Virus record (IMG/VR): IMGVR_UViG_3300005529_000007
Coordinates: 3,169-67,168 of that record
Source: a virus
Reading direction: 5' to 3' (one strand)
Length of the DNA: 64,000 bases
The stretch's first letter is position 1; each line of letters starts with the position of its first letter. The notes under the pieces were generated by a model, which was not told the origin of the DNA, ran no database searches, and worked only from the letters and a program-made list of their open reading frames with translations. The translations under genes were made by a program, and so were the position numbers. Below are positions 29,615 through 38,940 of the stretch, one piece after another.

Positions 29615-29936
29615 GTTTATCTCCTGGCCCGTTGAAACTATTGCCAGGGGTATTGTACTCTCTTGGGTAGGCTGCATACAAGACTGCGTAGTTGATGATG
29701 TCGGCAATGGTGTCCTGGAGTCCTTCATCTTCAACCGCGAAGTGTCCCTTCTCCTCGTAAGATACTAGCCGTGCGATCTTGTCCGACATGCGGACAAGTA
29801 TTCCGTAGGTGCCAAAGGCTCGGAAGTTGGCGAAGATGTCGCTGCTCCGTCCGTAGTCTTGGTTCTTCTTCTCCATGACGGCTCGCGCCTTCCTGGAAAG
29901 ATCGGCGTGAAACGCCAGTAGCTCTTGTCTATTCAT
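29415..29936 (-). CDS. DUF1599-like (all-alpha NTP pyrophosphatase-related) protein
   Basis: KKNQDYG, RMSDKIARL and DTIADIINYAVL motifs; C-terminal tail overlaps the integrase. Confidence 0.75.
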   Translation of the reverse strand: MNRQELLAFHADLSRKARAVMEKKNQDYGRSSDIFANFRAFGTYGILVRMSDKIARLVSYEEKGHFAVEDEGLQDTIADIINYAVLYAAYPREYNTPGNSFNGPGDKHGPEKVSEGATVLEGQAKQSVGREMAGGCPCSCHRTSSELWCTPCIYKHPPLAKVRGLGDSTGTPY

Positions 29937-30073
29937 CTGCGTCCGCCTTCCACTTCTCGTACATACGAACCCAATCTATATTGGGATCGTAGCCATCTTC
30001 GGAGAGAGCGGTCATCGTTGCTGACCAATTATTCTCAAGGCACATCCGCATACATGCCAGGTAGGCTTCTTTG

Positions 30074-30376
30074 TTAGTTATTGCAACACCCCTTCTTGGC
30101 GTGACGTACACGCAACTTCTTCACATTCGCGTCCATGACATCCTCAGGATCGAAGCCAAACTCCTGGCATATCCTGGTCCAATAGAAGATCTGGTCCCCT
30201 AGCTCTAGCTTGAGTTCTTCCAGGTCCAGACGGTCATCCCGAATGTGCTTCTTCAAATGTTCCAGGACCTCGCCAGTTTCCCCAGCGAGGCCTGTAGACA
30301 TGACGAAGAGGCCGCGTAGCTTCTCTCCGTCGTGCCAGAGTTTCTTTACTTCCTTCTTGTACTGGTCAATCGTCAA
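30074..30376 (-). CDS. MazG-like nucleotide pyrophosphohydrolase
   Basis: GLAGETGEVLEHLKK...LELGDQIFY...NVKKL. Confidence 0.88.
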   Translation of the reverse strand: MTIDQYKKEVKKLWHDGEKLRGLFVMSTGLAGETGEVLEHLKKHIRDDRLDLEELKLELGDQIFYWTRICQEFGFDPEDVMDANVKKLRVRHAKKGCCNN

Positions 30377-30560
30377 TCTTCATTTCTCCATAGCCCAAGC
30401 CTGTTAGCACCTGAGTCTCTAGAATTCCTAGATCCTCCACTAGCGCGAACAGAGCCGAAGGCTCCTCAAACTCCAGGACAACTTTCTCGTCCCTGGTTTC
30501 GACTTTGATACTCCTGCATAAAGGAATCTCGAAGATAAACATCTCACGCGAGCTGGTCAC
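30366..30560 (-). CDS. Hypothetical protein
   Basis: Short ORF overlapping both neighbours. Confidence 0.5.
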   Translation of the reverse strand: MTSSREMFIFEIPLCRSIKVETRDEKVVLEFEEPSALFALVEDLGILETQVLTGLGYGEMKIDD

Positions 30561-31377
30561 GAAACACGTAATCGTGTCTCAATTCATGCTGACCATCGGA
30601 ACGGAAGATGCGACTCTCTTGCCTCCGCATTGCCGTGCCTTCAATAATCCGTCCATCAAAGGTGACGACAATGTACGCAGGGAGAATTGGCGGGTAGGCT
30701 TTCTCTTCTGCATACCCACTACGTGAGTCGTAGCCACAGCCACAGATGTACTGATGGCGCAGCTTCGTTCTTATCTTCCGTGTTCCATTGTCACAGCTCA
30801 AAAGGGCCGCAGGAGGAACCTCCATGCAGGCATGGGAGTGCGCGGTGAACAGAGCGTCCGCGTCGATGAATTGTTTGAACGTCTCGGCCTTGGTGACCTT
30901 GGACTGCATGGCCACACCCGAGTCCGCGCCGTGGTGGAAGAACAGATCATACGTAGACCGATTCACCACCAGGTTGCACATGGCGCATACCCCCAGGTAG
31001 GGAATCCCCAAACGATGGCAAAGGTTCTTGTCAAAGCTGAGGCCAGTCTCCTTGAAGATGCGGTGCCCGTGGTTTCCCCGAATGCCGAATAGCAACTTGT
31101 CGGCAACGGGAGCGAGTTCTTCTACGACCACATCGTGCTGTTGCTGGGGGGACAAGATCTGCTCGTACAGCCCACCCTTGCTCAGCTTGGTGACGCACTC
31201 CCCGCCGTCCCCCATGTAGATGCCAAATCCATTAGGGTCCTTGCGAAGGCGCTCGATATGCTCGCGGATAAATTGCATGTCGCACTGGCTCGCGCCGACG
31301 TGCATACACACAAGTGGATAAAGTCGAATGACTGATTCCTTCAACTCCATCTTCTTGGTGTCGAAGGCGAACCTCAT
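30544..31377 (-). CDS. Calcineurin-like metallophosphoesterase
   Basis: CMHVG (DxH variant), MGDGGE, GNHG, HHG and AHSH motifs. Confidence 0.82.
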   Translation of the reverse strand: MRFAFDTKKMELKESVIRLYPLVCMHVGASQCDMQFIREHIERLRKDPNGFGIYMGDGGECVTKLSKGGLYEQILSPQQQHDVVVEELAPVADKLLFGIRGNHGHRIFKETGLSFDKNLCHRLGIPYLGVCAMCNLVVNRSTYDLFFHHGADSGVAMQSKVTKAETFKQFIDADALFTAHSHACMEVPPAALLSCDNGTRKIRTKLRHQYICGCGYDSRSGYAEEKAYPPILPAYIVVTFDGRIIEGTAMRRQESRIFRSDGQHELRHDYVFRDQLA

Positions 31378-31388
31378 GTATTCCAGAG

Positions 31389-31769
31389 TTAAGCTCCTAG
31401 AGCGGCTGCTTTAACTGTCTGCCACTCTTCCTTGGTGATCTGTGCGTACCGCGCACTGGCCCCCACAGCCGCCTTGCCCTTCTCGTTGAGCAGGCTCCAA
31501 TAATGGGCAACCAGGCTCCCGACCAGGGTAAAGAGCGTGTAGTAAAGGGCCGTGAAGATTGCCATGCCGATACCGTACTTCCCGGTCATCATGGCGAACA
31601 TCTTCGAGAAGATAATGATCTGGCTAATGAACCAGACCCCGTTGCTGGCTAGACCAGCAACCATGTGGCGACTGAGGGAGCCACTGTTTCTCGCACGGCT
31701 AACGAATGTGAAAGCAAAATTCTGAGCCACCAGGATGGGTGCCCAGTACAGCCAGGTTAAGTCAAACAT
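31389..31769 (-). CDS. Membrane protein
   Basis: About three hydrophobic helices. Confidence 0.65.
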   Translation of the reverse strand: MFDLTWLYWAPILVAQNFAFTFVSRARNSGSLSRHMVAGLASNGVWFISQIIIFSKMFAMMTGKYGIGMAIFTALYYTLFTLVGSLVAHYWSLLNEKGKAAVGASARYAQITKEEWQTVKAAALGA

Positions 31770-31907
31770 TCCCTTTTAACTTTCTCCAACGCTCGTCGAG
31801 CAATTTCTTGTTCCGTAGGTGTTGGATCGTATTCATACGAAGCACACACTGGCCCGTGTATGATTTGCTCCAAAGCCTGCTTATAAATATCACGTTCCCT
31901 CCGAAGG

Positions 31908-32159
31908 CTAGACAACCGCGTTCAACTCCTTCTTCCCCTCCAGGACTTCCCGGAGCAGCTTGTCCATGGCCTGCATCAACTGCGCCAGGACATCGCTCTC
32001 GGGGTTGAGTAATTCTTTGGAGACCTTGTACGAGGTCTGGAAGGCATACTTCTCCCCCACCACCTTGCAGATCAGGTCCACTTTTAGTTTGTCGTCATCG
32101 GAAGGGGTCGCTATAAGCGCCAGCTTCTCGATCTCGAATTTGGATTTAAGTTCTTCCAT
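31908..32159 (-). CDS. Hypothetical protein
   Basis: ATG 32159 (MEELKSKF). Confidence 0.55.
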   Translation of the reverse strand: MEELKSKFEIEKLALIATPSDDDKLKVDLICKVVGEKYAFQTSYKVSKELLNPESDVLAQLMQAMDKLLREVLEGKKELNAVV

Positions 32160-33303
32160 GTACCCTTCTGAACTTCCCATCGACGAACAGAATGTCCCTG
32201 CTCCCCAGGAGACTCTGTAGCATCTTGTCCACATCCTGGCTGGAGCAATAGTTCCTCATCGCCCGCTTGATCTGGACATCGCTCACGTAGTCATCTCCAA
32301 TAGCTTCCATGACCTTGTTGAGCATCTTGCCCTGCGGACTCATAGGCACGATGACCTCTTGCAACCGTCGCTGGGTATAGTCATACAGCGCTATCCCCGC
32401 TTGGATGTCCTCCGCAGTCAGCTCCGCCCTGCGGCAGCTCAAGGCCACCAGCAAAGCCATCCTCAGAACATGTGCTCCCGCTCTCGCGGCGAACGGTGCC
32501 AAGTTTCCCGTATCCGGTGTGAAGGACTGATACCACAGCCCATAGGCATCGCTCGCCGCATAGTCAGCGAAGTCCACAGGACCTTCCGACATCCTGAGTA
32601 TCCTCGTGAACTCATAGAAGACGCGCTCGCGTTCGATGGCCAGCGTGTCCCTTTGAGCCTTTGACAATACCCGGTTCGGGTCCGGGACTCTCTGCCCCTT
32701 GTGGTCTTCTTTAACGATCACAAATCTAGGCAGGAAGCCCCCAACTCCAGCGGAGCTGGGGAGCTGTTCTTGTAACCACTCTTTCGTACTTCCCCCACAT
32801 ACACAGACCGCCGGATCGTAGACGATTTTCGCGGGGCCACCACCCTTTGTGCGAATGCTCGCAGGACGAAGGTCCAGCAAGTCTGTCATGTAGGGGATCA
32901 TGCCCTCCTGGTACTTCTCCTTGGAGAAGAAGTTCGCCAGCTCCGAGGCCATGATGATCGAATGCGGCTTTTGCATCAGATCCTCATGCAGGGCTTCCTT
33001 GGTTGATTTACCCGTGATGATGTGTGGAGGTTGCAAGCCTTCTGGTAGTGGCCGGATAAGGTGGTCCATTGCCATGTCAACCAGGGCTGTGCTTTTTCCT
33101 ATTCCGCTTGGGCCTATGAGCAGAAGATTCATCAGGGGATAGGTCGTGTGGATGTCGAGATCCACCCACACTCTACGGCCCAAAGCCGCGCCCAGCATGG
33201 CCATTCCTGCGAACAGGATGTAGCTCTTGGGGGGCTCGGCAGTGGGCCAAATCTGCATATACTCTCTCAGCCAGCTATCGTTTGGTAGACAGCTTTCTAA
33301 CAA
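32146..33303 (-). CDS. DUF3987-type P-loop ATPase (putative replicative helicase)
   Basis: Walker A GPSGIGKST, ASEL Walker B-like motif, GGFLPRF. Confidence 0.78.
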   Translation of the reverse strand: MLESCLPNDSWLREYMQIWPTAEPPKSYILFAGMAMLGAALGRRVWVDLDIHTTYPLMNLLLIGPSGIGKSTALVDMAMDHLIRPLPEGLQPPHIITGKSTKEALHEDLMQKPHSIIMASELANFFSKEKYQEGMIPYMTDLLDLRPASIRTKGGGPAKIVYDPAVCVCGGSTKEWLQEQLPSSAGVGGFLPRFVIVKEDHKGQRVPDPNRVLSKAQRDTLAIERERVFYEFTRILRMSEGPVDFADYAASDAYGLWYQSFTPDTGNLAPFAARAGAHVLRMALLVALSCRRAELTAEDIQAGIALYDYTQRRLQEVIVPMSPQGKMLNKVMEAIGDDYVSDVQIKRAMRNYCSSQDVDKMLQSLLGSRDILFVDGKFRRVHGRT

Positions 33304-33413
33304 TCCCTTTTTCCTTTAGCCTCTTCTCCTGCGCATCGCAGGCCTCTTCCCACCAGCGGTTGAGACCCACCTGCGCTATGCGCTTCTTGTCTTCTGGATT
33401 GAGTCCGTCGATA

Positions 33414-33707
33414 CTAAGATAGGCCGGGATCAAGAGCAGGTTTCGCCGTCGTGAATGAGCCAAAGCGGTTGGTGATCTCGCTATACTGACGAGCATTCTT
33501 CTCGTCCAAGGTTTCGATCTCCTCGGTCAGGAAATCTTCTACGATATACCGCAGCCCATGCTCGGAGAGCTGAGGGCGACGAACGGTTAAAGTGCTACCG
33601 GAAAAGCCTGCATACTGCGGCTCACCTGAATTCAGCGAGAGGACAAAGAGAGGCTCCTCCGTGGTCTTCATGTAAACTACAGTTCCGGGTTTGATGGTGT
33701 CTGACAA
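33414..33707 (-). CDS. Hypothetical protein
   Basis: SD GGAGG, directly downstream of promoter P1. Confidence 0.7.
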   Translation of the reverse strand: MSDTIKPGTVVYMKTTEEPLFVLSLNSGEPQYAGFSGSTLTVRRPQLSEHGLRYIVEDFLTEEIETLDEKNARQYSEITNRFGSFTTAKPALDPGLS

Positions 33708-33723
33708 TTACTTCCTCCGTTAA

Positions 33724-33756
33724 AGATTAGACGCTACAGATGTTAAATTCTGGTCA
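33724..33756 (-). promoter_or_regulatory. Phage ECF-sigma promoter P1
   Basis: TGACCAGAA-N13-GCGTCTAATCT. Confidence 0.75.
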
Positions 33757-33838
33757 GGGTGGTGAATTCTGGCCTTGTATTTATCCGGGTGGGCTACGAA
33801 CTTGTCGAAGTTCACTGGATAAGCTGGTGCCCCCTCTG

Positions 33839-34201
33839 TTATCGCTCATTTCCCCGTAACCGGATAGCACCGCACCAGCAGAATTGCTTCCCTTGACAAC
33901 ATGAATCGCATGGACATGGGTTGGTCCATATGTGCCGACCGGACTCGCAGAATGGATGCGTTCTGTCTGTTATCTCGTGGTCTTGAAAGATAGCGGGGAG
34001 TGAGCAATACCAGCACTCGTACTCATACCTACCTTCAGGTCTATTCGGGCTGCTGGACCGGAGAGTCAGGCTATGCTTTACAGCACATCGGGCCGCATCT
34101 ATCGCGTGATAGTTAGGGCAATTAGTCGGGTGTTTAAGCCACGTCAACCCGCAATACTCACACGGTGTATTCCAGAGATCGGGTTTGATCGTGACCTTCA
34201 T
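33839..34201 (-). CDS. Cys-rich hypothetical protein
   Basis: MKVTIKPD...; multiple CxxC motifs. Confidence 0.55.
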   Translation of the reverse strand: MKVTIKPDLWNTPCEYCGLTWLKHPTNCPNYHAIDAARCAVKHSLTLRSSSPNRPEGRYEYECWYCSLPAIFQDHEITDRTHPFCESGRHIWTNPCPCDSCCQGKQFCWCGAIRLRGNER

Positions 34202-36665
34202 AGTCGTCTGCCTCTCCCCAGCTATCTCCCACCTTGATGCCAATGGGAATGTGGAACCCACCCAACTCTGGCCAGGGCTGTTCCATAACCTCGCGCACTA
34301 CCGCTATCAGCTCGTCCACCTGCTCGGCTGGACATTCAAACACCAGCGAGTCATGGACCTGGATCAGCAATCTTGCTGGCTTCGGGAGTGCTTTATATAT
34401 CTTGACAACACGGCGCACCTTCTCCTCGGGCCAGCCAATCCTCTCGTACATCAGTCCGATCATGGCGCGGAAAATGATGTCTGCGGCAGTGCTCTGGGGC
34501 AAGAAGGACAAAGACTCCGTATAGTACGAGCTTGTCCAGAACCACCTCATCCTTGAGAATGGGGTCCGCAGGTAGCCTTGCTTTTTTGCGAGGTCGGCGG
34601 TCCTTTGTTGCCAGGTGATGGTGGGCCATATTTCTTTTTTCCATTTCTCTTGCAGGTCCCTCGTTTCGACCAGGTCCATGTCGTACATGTTGGCGATCTT
34701 CTTGTAACCGCCCCCATAGTTCGTCATGTGGACGATGCGCTTGGCTTTGCCATAGGGCGCATCTTTATCGTTGTCTTTTACGACCTCGTCGTAGGGCACT
34801 CCGAGGAAGAGGCTGGCGGCATATCGGTGTTCCGAAAATTTAGGATCAGCTCTGAACCTTTCGAGCCTGGCCTTATCCCCAGCGAAATAAGCCGTGAGCC
34901 TGTTTTCGATCTGGGAGTAATCCACGTCAACGATCTTCCATCCTTCGTGACTTGGAACGTAAATGAACCGAGCCGTCTCGGGAATGTTTTGAAAGTTCGG
35001 ATCTGAACTAGATAGCCTTCCTCCGTTTGTCCCATGTACGTTGAAGTGCGGAAACATTCGGTCAATCTTGACCATGTCCGCTTTAGCAAATGTCGTAATG
35101 AGCTCATCGAGTTGGTTCAGTCTCCGAATTGCCTTGAGGGTACGAGCTTCCTTGGGCTTGCCCGCCTTGACCAGGCGGTGGGTCAACTTGTCCAGGGCGA
35201 TCTTGCCCGTGGTTACATTGCCACTCTTCTGGTCAGTGATCTCCTCAAGTCCAAGGCAACCCTCTTCTTTGCTGTATAAATATCTCGCCTTAATTGCAGG
35301 AGAGCGCCAAGGAATTTCCTTTTCCGTGGTTGGGACGAGAACGTATTTAACAGGCTTTCCGCTCTTGCCGAGAGTTCCAGGAGGTGCCTCCCTTCGACGA
35401 TTAACCTGCACCTCTCTTGTTCGCAGGAAATCGGGGAGATATTTTTCTTCGTCATCGCGTTCCTTTAGGAGTTTCTCCCGGACGTTCAGGATCTGGTTGG
35501 GGTTGATCTTGAAGCCCGTCTCGTGCATGAGGCGGCAGATCCTGGCCAGGGGAACCTGAACATTGAGATAAAGGTCAAGGAGCTTGTAGCTCTTGACCAT
35601 AGGCAGAAGCTGATTGAAACATTGCAGCGTGACATCAACGTCACGGCAGCAGTACCACTCTAGGCCTAAGCTCTTGTCGTCTTTCCAGGCGGGCTTGTTT
35701 ACGAACTGACTTCCGACAAACTCAAGGTCATGAGGAAAGTCCGGGAAACACAAATGCTGGAGGAGCATCGTATCGTAAACGACGCACTCTTCCCGAGCTG
35801 TAATATCGAACTTCCGCAATATGGGCAGGTCAAATTGCAGAGCGTTGTGACCCACCAGCGTTTCCGCTTCTCGGAAGATTCGCTTGAGCTCGGGGATATA
35901 GGCTCCCCGGTACGGGATGGTAAGAGCCTTTGTGGGTTCCGCACACAACCCGACCATGAGGAGTTCTCCGGTCCAGCGGTTGGTTTCAATATCGAAGGCG
36001 AATTTTCTGTATCTAAAGGCTCGGACATCTTCTAGGCTCGGTTGCGGGTTGTAGTGCTCAGGTGGAGGATCGAGGCCTTTCAGGAGGTCATTGACCGCCA
36101 CCGGGAACATCGTCTGGTCCCGCATGATGTATGCGGGGTGGAGGGTGGCTACATAAGGTATTCTTCCGCCGCCAGGCAGAAGGATCTCACCAGGGCTGCC
36201 ACGCCACTTAAAAATGCCACCGTCCCTTCCAGCGACGAGCCGTAGTGGTTTATCTCCAAGTAGATCAAGCCGCCTCCAAGGACGAGAAGACAGAAGGGGT
36301 TCGAGGTGACTCCTTCGACAATATCTGACAGCTTCATTTGCATCCTCCTTGGATATGTAACTCCGTGCCTCGGGATCTGTCGGGAAGACATTGTCCGGGG
36401 GACGGCATTGAATACAGTTCGTGATGGTCAGGCCATCGCGGGGGATGTGGGCCTTGGCCAACATCTGGTTGAACCAGTTCCCCGCCCCGCCCACCAACGG
36501 CTCCCCGATCTCAGCCTCGTGCTCGCCAGGGGCCTCGGCAATCACCAGCCTGACCAGGTCCTTGCTGGGGTCAGGCATCTTGGGAGGGACGAAAGAGTTA
36601 TTGGGAAAGAGCCGCCTCATGGGGCAGCCCTCGCAACCTGCTACTTCAGAAACTTTTTTAGGCAA
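34158..36665 (-). CDS. polA: Family A DNA polymerase with N-terminal family-4 uracil-DNA glycosylase domain and 3'-5' exonuclease
   Basis: UDG: CEGC, AEAPG, CRPP, HPA. Exonuclease: FDIET, GHNALQFD, YCCRD. Polymerase: DYSQIE, KRIVHMTNYG, QVHDS. Confidence 0.93.
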   Translation of the reverse strand: MPKKVSEVAGCEGCPMRRLFPNNSFVPPKMPDPSKDLVRLVIAEAPGEHEAEIGEPLVGGAGNWFNQMLAKAHIPRDGLTITNCIQCRPPDNVFPTDPEARSYISKEDANEAVRYCRRSHLEPLLSSRPWRRLDLLGDKPLRLVAGRDGGIFKWRGSPGEILLPGGGRIPYVATLHPAYIMRDQTMFPVAVNDLLKGLDPPPEHYNPQPSLEDVRAFRYRKFAFDIETNRWTGELLMVGLCAEPTKALTIPYRGAYIPELKRIFREAETLVGHNALQFDLPILRKFDITAREECVVYDTMLLQHLCFPDFPHDLEFVGSQFVNKPAWKDDKSLGLEWYCCRDVDVTLQCFNQLLPMVKSYKLLDLYLNVQVPLARICRLMHETGFKINPNQILNVREKLLKERDDEEKYLPDFLRTREVQVNRRREAPPGTLGKSGKPVKYVLVPTTEKEIPWRSPAIKARYLYSKEEGCLGLEEITDQKSGNVTTGKIALDKLTHRLVKAGKPKEARTLKAIRRLNQLDELITTFAKADMVKIDRMFPHFNVHGTNGGRLSSSDPNFQNIPETARFIYVPSHEGWKIVDVDYSQIENRLTAYFAGDKARLERFRADPKFSEHRYAASLFLGVPYDEVVKDNDKDAPYGKAKRIVHMTNYGGGYKKIANMYDMDLVETRDLQEKWKKEIWPTITWQQRTADLAKKQGYLRTPFSRMRWFWTSSYYTESLSFLPQSTAADIIFRAMIGLMYERIGWPEEKVRRVVKIYKALPKPARLLIQVHDSLVFECPAEQVDELIAVVREVMEQPWPELGGFHIPIGIKVGDSWGEADDYEGHDQTRSLEYTV

Positions 36666-36679
36666 CTATAGAGAATCCA

Positions 36680-36765
36680 AGAGGGGCCCCATCAACGCCC
36701 CATGTGAAAGGAGAAAAGCCATGGGAGGAGCCCCTCTGTGCGCAGGGCTTAGATCTGCCCGCGCA
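36680..36765 (-). promoter_or_regulatory. Structured leader upstream of the DNA polymerase
   Basis: Stems AGAGGGGC/GCCCCTCT with inner CCCATG/CATGGG, and TGCGCAGGGC/GCCCGCGCA. Confidence 0.45.
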
Positions 36766-36770
36766 AACCT

Positions 36771-36980
36771 TTATTCAGTTTTGGGTTCGTATTCGTTGCA
36801 ACAACCCCGAGGGTGCACAACTGCCTTGCCGTTTAGCATTGGCAGCACACCACTCCTGGCGTCACGAAGGACTACCGGGTTGCCACAAAGGGTGGGACGC
36901 TTGAAGTACTCACAGTGCTCGCACTTGAATGGTCCGAGGTCAGGCGGAGCATATTTGGCACGGCCAGAGCCTACACTCAT
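36771..36980 (-). CDS. Small HiPIP-like Cys protein
   Basis: AKY...CEHCEYF...C...V.PRGCCNEY spacing. Confidence 0.55.
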   Translation of the reverse strand: MSVGSGRAKYAPPDLGPFKCEHCEYFKRPTLCGNPVVLRDARSGVLPMLNGKAVVHPRGCCNEYEPKTE

Positions 36981-37285
36981 TTCTTCGGCGCTTCCCGGAT
37001 GACCACATCCCCAGGAACATCCAGCACGTACTTGTCAGGGTCCAGCTTCAGCTTCTTGAACAGCTTCAACTGAGCGTCCTGGCCTTCCTGGTTGATGGCG
37101 CGAAGTTCACTCTCAGCAGCCTTGTAGTCCAGCTCAAGCTGTTTCATCTTGAGCAACGCGGTCTGCTGGCGAATGACAATGGCCTGAATTACGCTCTTGT
37201 CTTCAAGGGGAGCAGTGGGAATATCCTTAGCGTGAGCCAGAGGCAACACCAGTGTCAGGAACAGAATTGTCCGTATCAGGCGCAT
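36977..37285 (-). CDS. Exported coiled-coil protein
   Basis: Signal peptide MRLIRTILFLTLVLPLAHA; SD GAGGAGG. Confidence 0.65.
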   Translation of the reverse strand: MRLIRTILFLTLVLPLAHAKDIPTAPLEDKSVIQAIVIRQQTALLKMKQLELDYKAAESELRAINQEGQDAQLKLFKKLKLDPDKYVLDVPGDVVIREAPKK

Positions 37286-37544
37286 TGCAGACCTCCTCGA
37301 TGTCTTGCATAGCATGTTTGAGTTCCGCGACGGGCACGAATCCCTTCAAGGCGGTCTTGGCTTCGATCCAGTGATTGCAGGCTTGCCCTATGTTGCCGCT
37401 GTCAAAGTTGGCAGCGATGTAGCCATATGCGAAGCCGCCAGACTGGTTGTTCACCAGCACGTCATGCTTTGGGGTAGGGGGGAAGATGCGGAACATAATC
37501 ATGCACAAGATCATCCCCGTTGCTATTCCAGAAAGTATTCTCAA
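37227..37544 (-). CDS. Membrane-anchored hypothetical protein
   Basis: N-terminal TM segment. Confidence 0.5.
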   Translation of the reverse strand: MRILSGIATGMILCMIMFRIFPPTPKHDVLVNNQSGGFAYGYIAANFDSGNIGQACNHWIEAKTALKGFVPVAELKHAMQDIEEVCNAPDTDNSVPDTGVASGSR

Positions 37545-37675
37545 TCTTTTTTCCTCGTTACGGGATTGTCCTTGTGGTTGGAGTTGTAGATTTTCGCGGC
37601 TTTACTCTTCGCCGCTTTGTCTGACATTCCCTCCTTCTTGAACTTGTCCCGCATTGCTTCGTACTGTTTTGGCAT
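37541..37675 (-). CDS. Small basic protein (44 aa, not in ORF track)
   Basis: MPKQYEAMRDKFKKEGMSDKAAKSKAAKIYNSNHKDNPVTRKKD; stop overlaps the next start. Confidence 0.6.
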   Translation of the reverse strand: MPKQYEAMRDKFKKEGMSDKAAKSKAAKIYNSNHKDNPVTRKKD

Positions 37676-37939
37676 CTTTGTGCCTTATCTCCAGTCTCCA
37701 GCCCTTGGTGTTGAAACTAACCACGGGGCTGATTAAGGTCATGTGTTTAAGGTCTGGGCCTGGACCGTCTGCTAGTTCGGTCACCGGGGCTTCGAGGCGG
37801 GTACGGACGTTCTTGTCGATGGAGGTAATGCAACCCTCGTCACACACGTAAACGCCGTATTGGTCGGTGCGCTCCGCGATGAGTGAGCAGTCAGGTTCGT
37901 GTCTCCCTGCACAAACCATTGCCAACCATAAAGTCAAAG

Positions 37940-38275
37940 TCACCATAGCTCGTTAAGCGCTCCCCTCACTGCTAAGCGAAGCATCTCCTCGTTGAACTTC
38001 TTGCCGTGCTTCATGTACGGGTACAGCTTTATGTGACACATCTCATGGAGCAAGGTCAGCCGATATTGTTCTGAACTAAAGTGCTTACGAGGGTCAATAG
38101 AGATCGTGAACAACAGATGGTTGCCCTCGTCGGCGACTGAGATGTTCAAGCCAAAGGTCTTGGGACCTAGCTCGTCGTTCCAGCCAACCAAAGTCTCAGA
38201 CGGGAGTTGCCCATCGAAGTACTTACGGTTGTAAGTGTTGTAGATCGTTTTTAGCCGAGCACTTGCTATGAACAA
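37940..38275 (-). CDS. SprT-like zinc metalloprotease domain protein
   Basis: YNRKYFDGQLP, TLLHEMCH and HGKKF motifs. Confidence 0.82.
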   Translation of the reverse strand: MFIASARLKTIYNTYNRKYFDGQLPSETLVGWNDELGPKTFGLNISVADEGNHLLFTISIDPRKHFSSEQYRLTLLHEMCHIKLYPYMKHGKKFNEEMLRLAVRGALNELW

Positions 38276-38291
38276 TTTTTATAAAAGATTG

Positions 38292-38472
38292 ATTGAGGGG
38301 AGCCGAAGCCCCCCTCAATTTGTCCAGGGAATAGCCTTTCCCCGGACGGTTGCCACGTGGCGGTGGGAACTTGAGGGAGTCTCAGTGTGTCGTTTACAGA
38401 GGATTACCAAGTCCTCTCCAGGGACGATAGTGACTCTCCCTCATAGCCGGGTTCGCTGGTACCGCTACCCGG
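38292..38472 (-). ncRNA. Candidate structured RNA (~180 nt) ending in a C(UUCG)G terminator
   Basis: Four helical domains; G-U pairs and the UUCG loop fit the - strand. Confidence 0.5.
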
Positions 38473-38480
38473 TACGTCGA

Positions 38481-38876
38481 TTAGGCCGCTGGCTTCACGT
38501 TGAAGATGTCCAGATTGGCCCGAGCGCGGGGGTACTCAGGAGTAGGGGCGGAGTGCTTCACAGCAGCCGAGAAGCGCGAGCCACTCGCTGCGTTAAGAAC
38601 TTCCACCGGATTCTGCCCAGGTGTCGAATCCAAACCCATCACTTCGATGAGCCGCTTGAGAACGCGAGGACTCCAGTCATAGTGTTCAGGATTCGGATAC
38701 GAGAACGTCAGGCGACGGCCAGTGAATTCACCGTCGTTTACAATGGTAGCGCTGGCTACGATCCGACCAGATTCGTCTTCACGTGCGCCTGGAGCTAACT
38801 CCCAGGTGTAAGTTTTCTCAGGAATGGTTTCGAGATTCGTAGAGATGTTAGAGAGATCAATGTTTTGCCAACCCAA
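38481..38876 (-). CDS. DUF669-like single-stranded DNA-binding protein
   Basis: TTG 38876 after GGAGG; IPEKTY...DGEFTGRRL; clustered with the Sak4-like ATPase. Confidence 0.65.
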   Translation of the reverse strand: MGWQNIDLSNISTNLETIPEKTYTWELAPGAREDESGRIVASATIVNDGEFTGRRLTFSYPNPEHYDWSPRVLKRLIEVMGLDSTPGQNPVEVLNAASGSRFSAAVKHSAPTPEYPRARANLDIFNVKPAA

Positions 38877-38907
38877 AGGTGCGACTTCCTCCAATTTTGT
38901 CTTGCAA

Positions 38908-38940
38908 AGATTAGACGCTCCAGACGATAATTTCTTGTCT
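38908..38940 (-). promoter_or_regulatory. Phage ECF-sigma promoter P2
   Basis: AGACAAGAA-N13-GCGTCTAATCT. Confidence 0.78.

Noticed and set aside
29615-29734. N-terminal extension of the integrase in the ORF track
   Set aside because: It lies inside the DUF1599-like gene. ATG 29614 has an SD and a typical integrase start.
34158-36665. Z-base (DpoZ/PurZ) or other hypermodified-DNA system
   Set aside because: No PurZ, thymidylate-synthase-like, queuosine-pathway or glycosyltransferase gene is recognisable in the window.
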